From: Bacillota bacterium
GTDB taxonomy: Bacteria > Bacillota > Dehalobacteriia > UBA4068
DNA length: 55,776 bases
NCBI GenBank assembly: GCA_017440145.1
Contig: JAFSHU010000071.1
Span: 1 to 55,776 of the forward strand
Reading direction: 5' to 3'
Part shown: piece after piece, positions 9,307 through 19,276 of the stretch
Layout: each line of letters opens with the position of its first letter
How positions within the stretch are numbered: position 1 is the first letter of the stretch
Notes under the pieces: generated by a model
Database searches by the model: none
The model's input: only the letters and a program-made list of their open reading frames with translations
Told to the model about the DNA's origin: nothing
Program-made: the position numbers and the translations under genes

Positions 9307-10425
9307 TTAAGTGTTTTTCTCAGCTGATACCGCAGCCTTTTTCCTGTTTTCAGAAGAATTGAGTCCCCGCAGCGTCATCAGAACAATGGCTGCAACCAAT
9401 GGTCCTAAAATGACGCCAACCAAACCAAACATCTTCATGCCGATAAAAATTCCGGCCAGAGCCAGCAGGGGGTGAATCCCAACTCCATCCCCCACCAGCT
9501 TGGGATTTAATATTTCGCGGGAAACGATGACCACCACATAAACAATGGACAGGCCAATGGCCATGCCGTAATCCCCCATGATCAGCGCCCAGATGAACCA
9601 GCCGATCAAAACCACGCCGGGACCCACCACGGGAATGACATCCAGAACCCCGGCAAAGACCCCCATAAGCAAGGGGTTCTTCACACCGCAAAGGGCCATG
9701 CCCACTGTGCAGATGGCTGCGGCGATAAACACCAATAATGCCTGGGCCCGGATGTAGCCGCCCAGGATATTGGAAATCTTGTCATAAGTTCCTTCCACTT
9801 TTTGCCGCATAGACTTGGGGAAGATGCGGCAAAAATGGTAAACCACGGATTTTTCGTCCCGGCACCAGTAAAACACAGCGACCAGGGTGACGATAAACCA
9901 AATCACGGCAGCGGGGGTGCCCTTGGCGATGTTAAAAATCAGCCCGAGCCCCTCAGTCGCCCATTCCCCCAGCTTGAGCTGAAGCTGATCCAGATACTGC
10001 TCCACCCGCATGGGGTTGAGATCAATATAGACAAAAATCTCATTCAGATATTCGCTGCCCATGGTCAGAAGCCGGTTAATGGTATGGGCGTTTTCGATCA
10101 CGCCATTGAGCAGGCCGGTAATCGCCATTATCACCAAAAGGATCACGCCGCTCAAAAGCAGGAGGATCCCGGAAATCGTGACCATGACCGCCCCGGAGGG
10201 ACGCAGATGCAGTTTTTGGATCAGCCAACGGTTGAAGGGACGGGAAATGGCCGCCACCAGCCAGGCGATCAGGAAGGGCGAGATCAGGATGCCCACATAA
10301 CGAAGTACCTGCTCGATCTGGCCCACGACCAGACCAAAAAACAAACAAAAGCAAGCCAATGACAACAAAACAATGGCTGCGATCAACAGATAGCGGATCA
10401 AAGTTTCTTTATCTGCTCGGTGCAT
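9307..10425 (-). CDS. AI-2E (PerM/YtvI-like) family membrane transporter
   Basis: 372-aa polytopic membrane protein with a C-terminal region typical of the family: DVIPVVGP...PLLALAGIFIGMKMFGLVGVILGP. Confidence 0.85.
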   Translation of the reverse strand: MHRADKETLIRYLLIAAIVLLSLACFCLFFGLVVGQIEQVLRYVGILISPFLIAWLVAAISRPFNRWLIQKLHLRPSGAVMVTISGILLLLSGVILLVIMAITGLLNGVIENAHTINRLLTMGSEYLNEIFVYIDLNPMRVEQYLDQLQLKLGEWATEGLGLIFNIAKGTPAAVIWFIVTLVAVFYWCRDEKSVVYHFCRIFPKSMRQKVEGTYDKISNILGGYIRAQALLVFIAAAICTVGMALCGVKNPLLMGVFAGVLDVIPVVGPGVVLIGWFIWALIMGDYGMAIGLSIVYVVVIVSREILNPKLVGDGVGIHPLLALAGIFIGMKMFGLVGVILGPLVAAIVLMTLRGLNSSENRKKAAVSAEKNT

Positions 10426-10457
10426 ACCTATCCTTCCTGGTAAAATCGCCTGAAGCG

Positions 10458-11099
10458 CTATTTACCGATAAGCAGTAACGACAAAATATATGCAAAAGGT
10501 GCGGATAGCATGATACTGTCAAAGCGATCCAGCACCCCGCCATGCCCGGGGAAAAGCGTCCCGCTATCCTTCACATTGGCCAGACGCTTGACCTTGCTTT
10601 CCACCAGGTCGCCGATCTGCCCAATCGAAGAGACCAGCAGAGAAATCAGCAGGGCTAAGAAGAAATTCACGTTGAAGGCGATGCTGAAAAACGCACCGGG
10701 CAGCAGCATACCGGCAAGGCCGCCGGCAATGGCACCCTCCCAGCTCTTGTTAGGGCTGATCTCCGGCGCCATTTTATGCCGCCCATAAACGCGGCCCACA
10801 AAATAAGCTGCACTGTCCGTGATCCAAATGCACATCAGCAGCCAGAAGGGCAGCAGGAAGCTCTCATGGGACAAACGAAGCCCCAGCAGGGAAAGAAAAC
10901 CCAGAAGAATGTAAGCGCAGCCCAAAAGCAGCCATGCAAGCTTCTCTTTTGTTTGAATTTTATTTACCAGCCGTACATATTCCAGGCAGGACAGCGCAGC
11001 AAGAATCGCCACGGGGATCCCCAGCCACCAGCCGCCCATAATGATGACAAAAAGAAACACAGGAATGCAAATCGCTGCTGTAATGATGCGTGTTTTCAT
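10458..11099 (-). CDS. cdsA: phosphatidate cytidylyltransferase
   Basis: Start at the internal ATG at 11099 (MKTRIITAAICIPV). C-terminal signature SKVKRLANVKDSGTLFPGHGGVLDRFDS. Confidence 0.9.
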   Translation of the reverse strand: MKTRIITAAICIPVFLFVIIMGGWWLGIPVAILAALSCLEYVRLVNKIQTKEKLAWLLLGCAYILLGFLSLLGLRLSHESFLLPFWLLMCIWITDSAAYFVGRVYGRHKMAPEISPNKSWEGAIAGGLAGMLLPGAFFSIAFNVNFFLALLISLLVSSIGQIGDLVESKVKRLANVKDSGTLFPGHGGVLDRFDSIMLSAPFAYILSLLLIGK

Positions 11100-11116
11100 G
11101 GTAAACCTCCTAAAAA

Positions 11117-11857
11117 CTATGCCCGACCGAAGCGTCTGTCCCGCTGCTGATAATCCAGAATAGCACTGAGAAGATCCCGCTTCCCGAATTCGGGCCACAT
11201 CCGGTCGCTGAAATAGAGCTCACTGTAAGCGCATTGAAACAGCAAAAAATTACTCAAGCGCAGCTCCCCGGAGGGGCGAATCAGCAAATCCAAATCCGGG
11301 CAATCTGCGGTGTCCAAATAAGCAGCAAAGGCAGCTTCATCGATCTTCTCCGGCTGCAGCAGGCCGGCCTGCACATCCCCGGCCATACGGCGGGCAGCCC
11401 GGCAAAGCTCATCACGTCCGCCATAATTGATGGCCAGATTCAGGGTCATATGCTTATTCTCTGCCGTATCCTGCAGGGCCTGAAGCAAAGCCGAGCGCAC
11501 TTCCGCAGGGAGGCCGTTCATATCCCCCAAAAAGCCCAAACGAATATCCTGCTGATTCATCAAAGCAACTTCTTTTTGCAGATATTCGATCAGCAGGCTC
11601 ATCAGAAAGCTGACTTCTTCTTCGGAGCGCCGCCAATTCTCCGTGGAAAAGGCATATACGGTCAGGGCCTCCACACCAATTTCCCGGCAGAGCTCCGTTG
11701 CCCTGCGCAGAGCCTCTGCACCGGCCTTGTGTCCGGCGCTGCGGGGCAGGCAGCGGCGAGTTGCCCAGCGCCCATTCCCATCCATGATGATGGCAATATG
11801 CCGCGGCAGGCGTTCCATATCCAGCTGCTGTAGAAGATCATTATATTTTTCCGCCAT
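11117..11857 (-). CDS. uppS: isoprenyl transferase (undecaprenyl diphosphate synthase)
   Basis: HIAIIMDGNGRWA and TVYAFSTENWRR motifs. 246 aa. Confidence 0.95.
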   Translation of the reverse strand: MAEKYNDLLQQLDMERLPRHIAIIMDGNGRWATRRCLPRSAGHKAGAEALRRATELCREIGVEALTVYAFSTENWRRSEEEVSFLMSLLIEYLQKEVALMNQQDIRLGFLGDMNGLPAEVRSALLQALQDTAENKHMTLNLAINYGGRDELCRAARRMAGDVQAGLLQPEKIDEAAFAAYLDTADCPDLDLLIRPSGELRLSNFLLFQCAYSELYFSDRMWPEFGKRDLLSAILDYQQRDRRFGRA

Positions 11858-11970
11858 ATTCCCTCTCCAAGCCTATTCTTACTTATATATTATCGCACAG
11901 AAGCCCTTCTTAGTCAATCGCAGCAAAACATTATATGAGAAGAGGCAGCAAACAAGGATGGCCGAAGGCA

Positions 11971-12001
11971 AAAGAAAAAGAGCTCTCCGAAGAGAGCTCT
12001 T
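11971..12001 (-). terminator. Rho-independent terminator downstream of the ferredoxin gene
   Basis: On the minus strand: AAGAGCTCTC-TTCG-GAGAGCTCTT followed by TTTTCTTTT. Confidence 0.75.
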
Positions 12002-12015
12002 TGCGTTTTTGAATC

Positions 12016-12180
12016 TTACTGTTCTTTGATAGCGCCAGCGGGGCAAACGTCTACGCAAGTGCCGCATTCCAGGCAAGCATCGGTGATAACATAGATGCTA
12101 CCTTCTTTAATAGCGTCAGCGGGGCATTCAGAAGCGCAGCTGCCACAAGCCAGACATTCATCAGTAATTACGTATGCCAT
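12016..12180 (-). CDS. fdx: 2x[4Fe-4S] clostridial-type ferredoxin (54 aa; below the ORF-track cutoff)
   Basis: Manual translation: MAYVITDECLACGSCASECPADAIKEGSIYVITDACLECGTCVDVCPAGAIKEQ*. It has two CxxCxxCxxxCP motifs, with GGAGGTG 7 nt upstream of the ATG. Confidence 0.85.
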   Translation of the reverse strand: MAYVITDECLACGSCASECPADAIKEGSIYVITDACLECGTCVDVCPAGAIKEQ

Positions 12181-12214
12181 TGATGTACACCTCCTAGATT
12201 TTTAAGAGCATTTA

Positions 12215-12236
12215 TTTTAATGTATACACATTAAAA
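12215..12236. promoter_or_regulatory. 22-bp perfect palindrome upstream of the ferredoxin gene
   Basis: TTTTAATGT-ATAC-ACATTAAAA lies 35-56 nt upstream of the fdx start and just downstream of the frr stop. Confidence 0.4.
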
Positions 12237-12245
12237 GCAGTTAAA

Positions 12246-12803
12246 TTAGACTTCCATGACTTCTTTTTCTTTTTGAGCAAGAACCTCATCTACGCGCTTG
12301 ATGAACTTATCGGTCAATTTCTGCGCATCATCCAGGCCCTTCTTGACTTCGTCTTCAGAAGCTTCCTTGGATTTTTCCAGAGCCTTGATGCCATCGTTCA
12401 CATCCCGGCGGATGTTACGAACTGCAACTTTAGATTCCTCAGCCTTCTTGCTGCACTGTTTCACCAAATCCTTACGGCGCTCTTCTGTCAGCTGGGGAAC
12501 GACCAAACGAATCACGGTACCATCGCTGTTCGGAGTAATCCCCAGATCAGATTTCAGGATCGCCTTTTCGATGGCAGGCAGCAGGTTTTTATCCCAGGGC
12601 TGCACCAGAATCATACGAGGTTCCGGGCAGGAAATATTCGCAGTCTGGTTTACCGGGGTAGGCGTACCATAATAATCCACCATGATCCGATCCAGCAGCG
12701 CAGAGGTAGCGCGTCCGGCGCGCATGGAGGAAAATTCACTGATGAGAATCTTCTCAACCTTTTCCATTCTGTCTTGAGCGTCATTGAGCAAATCTTTAAT
12801 CAT
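12246..12803 (-). CDS. frr: ribosome recycling factor
   Basis: 185 aa with typical RRF sequence: [23 protein letters not shown]...ITPNSDG..IRL..P.LTEERRK. Confidence 0.95.
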   Translation of the reverse strand: MIKDLLNDAQDRMEKVEKILISEFSSMRAGRATSALLDRIMVDYYGTPTPVNQTANISCPEPRMILVQPWDKNLLPAIEKAILKSDLGITPNSDGTVIRLVVPQLTEERRKDLVKQCSKKAEESKVAVRNIRRDVNDGIKALEKSKEASEDEVKKGLDDAQKLTDKFIKRVDEVLAQKEKEVMEV

Positions 12804-13524
12804 TGTTCTCGCCTCCCAGAATAGTTCCGATATTTTCTCCCATCACAGCCTTCAGCATATTGCCCGGCACCGTAATATTAAAAACGATGATCGGGATATT
12901 ATTGTCCTTGCAAAGAGTGGCTGCGGTGGAATCCATGACCTTTAAATCTTTATTCAGCACATCCAAATAGGAAAGCTGCTGAAACATGTGGGCGTCCGGA
13001 TTGGTTTTCGGGTCGGCATCATAGACGCCATCCACCTTTTTCGCCATAAGGATGGCTTCTGCATTGATCTCCGCGGCGCGGAGAGAAGCGGTGGTATCCG
13101 TAGAGAAGAAGGGACTGCCGGTACCGGCGGCAAAAATCACCACGCGGCCCTTTTCCAGATGGCGAACAGCCCGGAGACGGATATAGGGTTCAGCAACCAA
13201 AGGCATGGGAATCCCCGTCTGCACACGGCAGGGAACGCCGCATTTTTCGATGGCATCCCGCAGGGCAAGCGCATTGATGACCGTTGCCAGCATACCCATA
13301 TGGTCAGCCGTGGTGCGATCCATACCGCCCTTGGCACCCTTCAGACCTCGCCAGATGTTGCCGCCGCCGCAAACCAGGGCAACTTCCACACCCAGGCGGC
13401 TGATTTCCGCAATTTCTGACGCCAAGGCATCCAGGGTAGCAGCATCAATCCCAAAGCCGGCTTCACCGGCCAGGCTTTCACCGCTGACTTTCAGCACACA
13501 TCTTTTGTATTTCGGCTCCGTCAT
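12796..13524 (-). CDS. pyrH: UMP kinase
   Basis: [14 protein letters not shown]...GGGNIWRG...DGVYDADP. Overlaps frr by 8 nt. Confidence 0.95.
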   Translation of the reverse strand: MTEPKYKRCVLKVSGESLAGEAGFGIDAATLDALASEIAEISRLGVEVALVCGGGNIWRGLKGAKGGMDRTTADHMGMLATVINALALRDAIEKCGVPCRVQTGIPMPLVAEPYIRLRAVRHLEKGRVVIFAAGTGSPFFSTDTTASLRAAEINAEAILMAKKVDGVYDADPKTNPDAHMFQQLSYLDVLNKDLKVMDSTAATLCKDNNIPIIVFNITVPGNMLKAVMGENIGTILGGENND

Positions 13525-13550
13525 AGTGGGTCCCTCTTGGCCTAAGAAAA

Positions 13551-14483
13551 CTATTTTGCGTTCATTGCAGCAACTTCTTCAGCCAGGTTGCTCTGCTTTT
13601 TCTCGATGCCTTCACCAACCTGATAGCGAGCGAAAGCGGTAACTTTTACGTCTTTGCCCAGGGCTTTGGCGCAATTTTCAACATACTGTGCAACGCTGAG
13701 ATCGCCGTCCTTGACGAAAGCCTGATCCAGCAGGCAGGTTTCCTTCAGGATCTTCTTCATGCGGCCTTCGACCATTTTCTTGACGATTTCTTCCGGTTTG
13801 GGTTTTTCCAGCTCGGCGTTTTCGTTCAGAGCCAGCTGCATCTGGATGTGAGTTTCTTTCTCCAGGTATTCCGGATCCACATCAGCTTCGCTGACGAAGA
13901 GGGGGCTCATGGAAGCGATCTGCATAGCAACATCGCGGCCCATTTCAGCGACTTCAGCAGCGGTAGCTGCGGTTTCCATTTCGACGAGAACGCCGATCTT
14001 GCCATTGCCGTGGGTGTAGCTGGCGTAGACTTTGCCTTCACCGGCCATACGGACGAAACGGCGGACGCTCATATTTTCACCGATCTTGGCGATCTTGGCG
14101 GTGAGAACTTCACCGACGGTGGCGTCTTCGCAGGGGGCAGCCAGCAGAGCATCCACTTCATCAGAGCAGGTGCCCAGGGCAGCTTTTGCGACAGCGGCAA
14201 CGAAATCAACGAATTCGGGGTTCTTGGCAACGAAGTCGGTTTCGGAGTTGACTTCTACCATGGCAGCCTGGGTGCCGTCTTCGGAGAAAGCCATACCGAC
14301 CAGACCTTCGGCAGCGATACGGCCGGCTTTTTTCGCAGCAGCGGCCAGGCCTTTTTCACGGAGCAGGTCAATGGCTTTTTCCACATCGCCTTCGGCTTCG
14401 GTCAGGGCACGTTTGCAGTCCATCATGCCGGCGCCAGTGCGTTCACGCAGGTCTTTAACATCATTCGCAGAGAAGTTAACCAT
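13551..14483 (-). CDS. tsf: translation elongation factor Ts
   Basis: N-terminal UBA-like [19 protein letters not shown]. 310 aa, downstream of rpsB. Confidence 0.95.
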   Translation of the reverse strand: MVNFSANDVKDLRERTGAGMMDCKRALTEAEGDVEKAIDLLREKGLAAAAKKAGRIAAEGLVGMAFSEDGTQAAMVEVNSETDFVAKNPEFVDFVAAVAKAALGTCSDEVDALLAAPCEDATVGEVLTAKIAKIGENMSVRRFVRMAGEGKVYASYTHGNGKIGVLVEMETAATAAEVAEMGRDVAMQIASMSPLFVSEADVDPEYLEKETHIQMQLALNENAELEKPKPEEIVKKMVEGRMKKILKETCLLDQAFVKDGDLSVAQYVENCAKALGKDVKVTAFARYQVGEGIEKKQSNLAEEVAAMNAK

Positions 14484-14555
14484 TTATCGTTCCTCCTATA
14501 ATGATTGTATAGCAGGGGCGATACGGGATCGCCCCCGGAAATGTCCAAAGTAAAA

Positions 14556-15299
14556 TTATGCTTCAACAGCTTCTTCCACAGCAGCTTCTTCAGCCAGAGC
14601 GGCTTCCGCAGCGTCCTGACCCTGACGGCCTTCGATGATGGCATCAGCCATTTTGGAAGCCAGCAGCTTGACCGCACGGATGGCGTCATCGTTGCCGGGG
14701 ATCACGTAATCGATTTCATCGGGGTCGCAGTTGGTGTCAACGATTGCAACGATCGGGATATGCAGCAGACGAGCTTCTGCAACGGCGATGCGTTCCTTGC
14801 GGGGATCCACAACGAACATAGCGCCGGGGAGTTTGGTCATGTCTTTGATACCGCCCAGGAAGCGTTCCAGCTTTTCTTTCTTACCTTTCAGCTGAGCAAC
14901 TTCTTTCTTGGGCAGGATGTCAAAGGTGCCGTCGCCTTCCATGCGTTCCAGGTTATGCAGGAACTGGATGCGGCTCTGGATGGTCTTGAAGTTGGTGAGC
15001 ATGCCGCCCAGCCAGCGTTCGTTTACATAGAACTGACCGCAGCGTTCAGCTTCTTCCTTGATGGAATCCTGAGCCTGTTTTTTGGTGCCGACGAAGAGGA
15101 CGTTTTTGCCTTCTGCGGCAACGCTTTTAATGAAGTTATAAGCTTCGTCTACTTTGTGAACGGTTTTCTGCAGGTCGATGATATAGATGCCATTCCGTTC
15201 GGTGAAGATGTATTTGCCCATCTTCGGGTTCCAACGGCGGGTCTGATGCCCGAAATGGACGCCCGCTTCCAGAAGCTGTTTCATAGAGATTACTGCCAT
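14556..15299 (-). CDS. rpsB: 30S ribosomal protein S2
   Basis: [27 protein letters not shown]. 247 aa. Confidence 0.97.
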   Translation of the reverse strand: MAVISMKQLLEAGVHFGHQTRRWNPKMGKYIFTERNGIYIIDLQKTVHKVDEAYNFIKSVAAEGKNVLFVGTKKQAQDSIKEEAERCGQFYVNERWLGGMLTNFKTIQSRIQFLHNLERMEGDGTFDILPKKEVAQLKGKKEKLERFLGGIKDMTKLPGAMFVVDPRKERIAVAEARLLHIPIVAIVDTNCDPDEIDYVIPGNDDAIRAVKLLASKMADAIIEGRQGQDAAEAALAEEAAVEEAVEA

Positions 15300-15632
15300 G
15301 ATTGTATTTCCTCCTTTTTGTTATACCCGCCGGCGTTTCCAGCTCCGCCCACCTGCTAGCAGGCACTGGGGCAGCGCATCCACGCCGTGTGTATTGCATA
15401 GCTGAATTTTTTCTATGCCACTGATAAATGTATCACAAGAAGCTGTCTATTGCAAGCATTTTTTACAAAATGGCCGGGCAAAATCGCGCTTCTTTTTCAT
15501 ATGGCTATGCTTTTCAAAGAAGGGCTCGTCCCAAGTCTCAGCGCATGCTGGATAAAAGGGATCCTTATTGATCATCTTATATTGAGCATATATAAGAACA
15601 AATATAAGAGAAACAAATATATATATGAAAGC

Positions 15633-15659
15633 AAAGGAGACAGCCCGACTGTCTCCTTT
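15633..15659 (-). terminator. hairpin; near-identical copy of the 16801 hairpin, with a T-rich tail on the minus strand
   Basis: AAAGGAGACAGCCCGACTGTCTCCTTT. On the minus strand it is followed by TTTGCTTTCATATATATATTTG. Confidence 0.5.
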
Positions 15660-15914
15660 GAAGAATGGGCCTTCTGCTTCTTGCTGATGAAAGTCTGCTT
15701 TGCGAGGCGATCCCTTTCAGCGAAGCATACATCAAATTACACCGATGATTAAGTTAATTAGTAATATTCATGATATTCATATTGCTCTTTCTTGATAAAA
15801 TATGGTATTCTAAAATTGAAAAAAATATTTGCCTGTTTGGATGTGTTTCCCTTGGGCAATGCAGCCACTGCTTTAAATCTCAACCTAGTGTAAAAGAAAA
15901 AAGGAGATAAACAT

Positions 15915-16745
15915 ATGAAAAAATTATCTTTTCTGCTCCCCCTCTGTCTCCTTGCCCTGCTGGCCTTTCCCCTTTGCGCACTGGGGCAGGAAAGCGACCC
16001 GGCCTACGACATTGCCTATGACTCTGTAGCAGAGGCAGGTTTCCCCATGAAAAACATGGATCCGGAAACGGTTCTCGCGATCTACGATGAGATCAAAGAT
16101 GCAGAAAGCGTGACAACGGATACAACTACGACAACGCTTGATATCGCCATCCCCGGCCAAATCGCCCCCCTTTCCTACATTCCTTCGTCGGATCTCTCTT
16201 TCTCCATTACCGCAGGCAAGGTGGTCTCCGGCGGGAAGATCACCAGCATGACGGTTTATGTTTACTACGAATGGGATGAATATCTGCCCTTGGTCTGCCT
16301 GGAGGATGCCATCTCCGTCAACTGGGACGAGGATTTTATTTTTAAAGATCACTCCTTCACGGCGAAGCGCTATTCCTTTTCCGGCGCCCTGAAGGAATCC
16401 CTGGATCGGCCCGCCCTCCTGAACCAGCAGGGCCTGGGCTGGTTTATTGATCTGATCAGCCCTGCGGCAGGGACCTATGGAAACGGTCACTTTTCTCTGA
16501 TCCCCCGTGGTCCCATGGATGACGGAACCACGTATACTTCCTCTGTGACCGCAGTCTATGGCCATAAGCGGATCATAGATCTTTCCGCAAGCGGATTGGG
16601 CGTCCAGATCACCCATGAAGACGATTATTGTTCCGCTTCCTCTTCCTTTTGTCACGACATGCAAATATTTGAATTAAATCCATTTGAGAAGATTATCATG
16701 CGGTACTCCTTCGCCCTCGCCAAAGACACCTTCACCCACGATTGA
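15915..16745 (+). CDS. secreted hypothetical protein
   Basis: AAGGAGA RBS and signal peptide MKKLSFLLPLCLLALLAFPLCALG. No motif I recognise. It is the only plus-strand gene in a long minus-strand run. Confidence 0.7.
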   Translation: MKKLSFLLPLCLLALLAFPLCALGQESDPAYDIAYDSVAEAGFPMKNMDPETVLAIYDEIKDAESVTTDTTTTTLDIAIPGQIAPLSYIPSSDLSFSITAGKVVSGGKITSMTVYVYYEWDEYLPLVCLEDAISVNWDEDFIFKDHSFTAKRYSFSGALKESLDRPALLNQQGLGWFIDLISPAAGTYGNGHFSLIPRGPMDDGTTYTSSVTAVYGHKRIIDLSASGLGVQITHEDDYCSASSSFCHDMQIFELNPFEKIIMRYSFALAKDTFTHD

Positions 16746-16765
16746 CCTTCACCTACGACAAGAAA

Positions 16766-16791
16766 GGCTGTTATCTCATGGGATAACAGCC
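16766..16791 (-). terminator. probable hslU terminator
   Basis: GGCTGTTATC-6 nt-GATAACAGCC. On the minus strand it is followed by TTTCTTG. Confidence 0.6.
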
Positions 16792-16800
16792 TCAGACTGC

Positions 16801-16826
16801 GGAGACAGCCCGGCTGTCTCCTTTTT
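16801..16826 (+). terminator. terminator of the secreted-protein gene
   Basis: GGAGACAGCC-C-GGCTGTCTCC followed by TTTTT. Confidence 0.75.
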
Positions 16827-16851
16827 GCTTGCTTTGTTGCTCGCGCCTTGC

Positions 16852-18309
16852 TTAGAGGATGAAACGGCTCAGATCCTGATTCTGTGCCACATCCCGCAGC
16901 TTCTCTTCCACGAAGGGCCGGTCAATGCGGATCAGACCGCTGGCCTGTTCCGGCGCGTCATAGAGCAGGTCTTCCAGCACCTTCTCCAGAATGGTGTGGA
17001 GACGGCGGGCGCCGATGTTGTCCGTATTGCAGTTCACCTGGTCAGCGATCTCCGCCAGAGCGTCGATGCCATCCTCTGCGAATTCCACATTTACCCCGTC
17101 CACAGCCAGAAGAGCCTGGTACTGCTGCAGCAGGGAATGCTCCGGCTCCAGCAGGATGCGGCGCAGATCATCCTTGCTCAGATTATCCAGATTCACCCGG
17201 ATGGGGAAGCGGCCCTGCAGCTCCGGCATCAGATCGCTGGGCTTGCAAACGTGGAAGGCCCCTGCTGCGATGAAAAGAACGTAATCCGTCTTCACCGGGC
17301 CGTATTTGGTCATCACGGTGCAGCCCTCCACGATGGGGAGAATATCCCGCTGCACGCCGCCCCGGGAAACATCCGGCCCATGGCCGCCCTGACCGCCGGC
17401 AATTTTATCGATCTCATCCAGGAAGACGATGCCGCTCTGCTCTGCCCGCTGGATGGCGGTCTGGGTCACTTCCTCATTGTCGATGAGCTTCTCCGCTTCC
17501 TCCTGAGTGAGCAGGCGCTTTGCCTCACCGATGCTGACCTTCCGCTTGATCATCTTCTTGGGCATCATGCTGCCCAGGATGCCGGCCATATCAATGCCCA
17601 TGCCTTCCATGCCGAAGGTGGGGTTGCTGCTGCTGTCCTCTACCTCGATCTCCAGCAGTTCCTTATCCAGTGTGCCCTTGGAAAGCTGATCCCGCAGCCA
17701 GACCCGGCGGCGACGAATATCCGCTTCCTTATTCTTTGCTTCCTCGCTGTTGTCCGCGCTGCTTTCCTCATGCACCGGCCCGCCGAAGATATTGCCGATG
17801 GCCGTCCCCAGCTTTCCCTTGTTGGGCAGGGGCTGCAGCATATCCAGAATCCGCAGCTCAGCGGCAGCTCGTGCCTGATCCTCCACAGCAGCAGTCCGCT
17901 CGGCCTTCACCATGCGGATGGCGGTCTCCACCAGGTCGCGGATGATGGATTCCACATCCCGGCCCACATAGCCCACTTCCGTGAACTTGGTGGCTTCCAC
18001 CTTGATGAAGGGTGCGTCCACCAGCTTGGCCAGGCGGCGGGCGATCTCCGTTTTGCCCACACCCGTGGGGCCGATCATGATGATGTTTTTCGGGATGATC
18101 TCATCCTGCAGGCCCTGCTCCAGCTGCTGCCGGCGGTAACGGTTCCGCACCACCACCGCCACGGAGCGTTTGGCCTCATTCTGGCCGACGATATGCTTAT
18201 CCAGCTCTGCCACGATCTGCCGGGGCGTCAATTCTTTCCGCTCCAGCAGGGGCTGTTCCTGATTCTCGTCCTGTTCTGTTTTATGAATATCCACGCTGTA
18301 TTCGTCCAT
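16852..18309 (-). CDS. hslU: ATP-dependent protease ATPase subunit HslU
   Basis: [21 protein letters not shown], Walker [16 protein letters not shown], and FLDEIDKI. Confidence 0.95.
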   Translation of the reverse strand: MDEYSVDIHKTEQDENQEQPLLERKELTPRQIVAELDKHIVGQNEAKRSVAVVVRNRYRRQQLEQGLQDEIIPKNIIMIGPTGVGKTEIARRLAKLVDAPFIKVEATKFTEVGYVGRDVESIIRDLVETAIRMVKAERTAAVEDQARAAAELRILDMLQPLPNKGKLGTAIGNIFGGPVHEESSADNSEEAKNKEADIRRRRVWLRDQLSKGTLDKELLEIEVEDSSSNPTFGMEGMGIDMAGILGSMMPKKMIKRKVSIGEAKRLLTQEEAEKLIDNEEVTQTAIQRAEQSGIVFLDEIDKIAGGQGGHGPDVSRGGVQRDILPIVEGCTVMTKYGPVKTDYVLFIAAGAFHVCKPSDLMPELQGRFPIRVNLDNLSKDDLRRILLEPEHSLLQQYQALLAVDGVNVEFAEDGIDALAEIADQVNCNTDNIGARRLHTILEKVLEDLLYDAPEQASGLIRIDRPFVEEKLRDVAQNQDLSRFIL

Positions 18310-18324
18310 AACTCTCCTCCTTGC

Positions 18325-18717
18325 TTAGGGTAAGCGCTTGCCGCACTTTTTGCAATAAAGATGATCTTCTTCGGCGGGAGTCCCGCAATAGGGACAAAAG
18401 GCCGTTTCCTCCTCTGTCTGCAGAGAAAAAGCTTCCTCCGCAGCAAAGTCGCCGAACTGCCGGTTCAGCGGATCCGGCTCCTCCTGCCCATCCACGATAT
18501 CCACCACAGAATAGCGTTCCTTGCCCGTGGCATTCTTATAATGGAAACGTGCCTGCACAATGCCCATCACCACAAAGACGATGCCGAAAAGCGGGAAGAA
18601 GAAAGGCGCGCCCATGCTGATGGTGGCGAAAATCCAGATCACGCCGAAGATGGCTGCAAAAACAGAACCCATAGCCCCCATCATGGAAGGGCCGCGTCCG
18701 GGTTTGATGCTTCTCAT
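18325..18717 (-). CDS. membrane protein with C-terminal zinc ribbon
   Basis: 130 aa with two hydrophobic helices at about aa 12-60. C-terminus is FCPYCGTPAEEDHLYCKKCGKRL. Gaps are 16 nt to hslV and 15 nt to hslU. Confidence 0.7.
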   Translation of the reverse strand: MRSIKPGRGPSMMGAMGSVFAAIFGVIWIFATISMGAPFFFPLFGIVFVVMGIVQARFHYKNATGKERYSVVDIVDGQEEPDPLNRQFGDFAAEEAFSLQTEEETAFCPYCGTPAEEDHLYCKKCGKRLP

Positions 18718-18733
18718 AAAAAATTTCCTCCTC

Positions 18734-19276
18734 CTACTGGGGCAGCTCCAGAACCGTAATATTGTGGTTGGTGTATACGCAGATATCCGCTGCGATGTGC
18801 AGGGATTTTTCCGCGATCTCCGCCGCAGTCAGGCTGCTGTCTGCCTGGGAAAAGGCCCGGGCAGCGGCCAGTGCATAATTCCCACCGGAGCCGATGGCCG
18901 CGATATCATCATCCGGCTCCACCACTTCCCCGTTGCCGGAAAGAATCAGCAGTTTATTGGCGGAAGCCACGATCAGCAGAGCCTCCAGCTGCCGCAGATA
19001 TTTATCAGTCCGCCATTCCTTGGCCAGCTCCACAGCTGCCCGCTCCAGATTGCCCCGGTATTCCTCCAAACGTCCTTCAAAGCGTTCAAACAGGGTGAAG
19101 GCATCTGCCACGGAACCGGCAAAACCCGCCACCACCTGATCATGATACAGGCGGCGAACCTTCCGGGCGCCATGCTTCATGACAGTGGATTGCCCCATGG
19201 TCACCTGGCCGTCTCCGGCAATAGCAGTCTGCCCGTTTTTGCGAACTGCAACGATGGTAGTCCCTCTGATTTCCAT
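18734..19276 (-). CDS. hslV: ATP-dependent protease subunit HslV
   Basis: [26 protein letters not shown], with the N-terminal Thr nucleophile context. 180 aa. Confidence 0.95.
   Translation of the reverse strand: MEIRGTTIVAVRKNGQTAIAGDGQVTMGQSTVMKHGARKVRRLYHDQVVAGFAGSVADAFTLFERFEGRLEEYRGNLERAAVELAKEWRTDKYLRQLEALLIVASANKLLILSGNGEVVEPDDDIAAIGSGGNYALAAARAFSQADSSLTAAEIAEKSLHIAADICVYTNHNITVLELPQ

Noticed and set aside
11876-11905. dif-like sequence CTTACTTATATATTATCGCACAG near uppS, considered because xerC is in the window.
   Set aside because: Only the central TATATA and 4 nt of the XerD arm match the Bacillus dif I remember. It is more likely part of the AT-rich uppS promoter.
14514-14535. Hairpin GGGGCGATACGGGATCGCCCC between rpsB and tsf.
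   Set aside because: There is no T-tract on the transcribed strand. It is probably an intra-operon attenuator or processing stem, which is unremarkable.
15447-15575. 42-aa minus-strand ORF (MINKDPFYPACAETWDEPFFEKHSHMKKKRDFARPFCKKCLQ) between the left hairpin and rpsB.
   Set aside because: The peptide looks protein-like, but there is no Shine-Dalgarno sequence and I have no way to test conservation. The region more probably holds the rpsB promoter (TTGCAA 15455-15450, 17 nt, TACATT 15432-15427) and leader. It is worth a TBLASTN check only.
15450-15752. 100-aa plus-strand ORF in the AT-rich spacer upstream of rpsB.
   Set aside because: It has no RBS, runs through the 15633-15659 hairpin, and its composition looks like translated AT-rich non-coding DNA.
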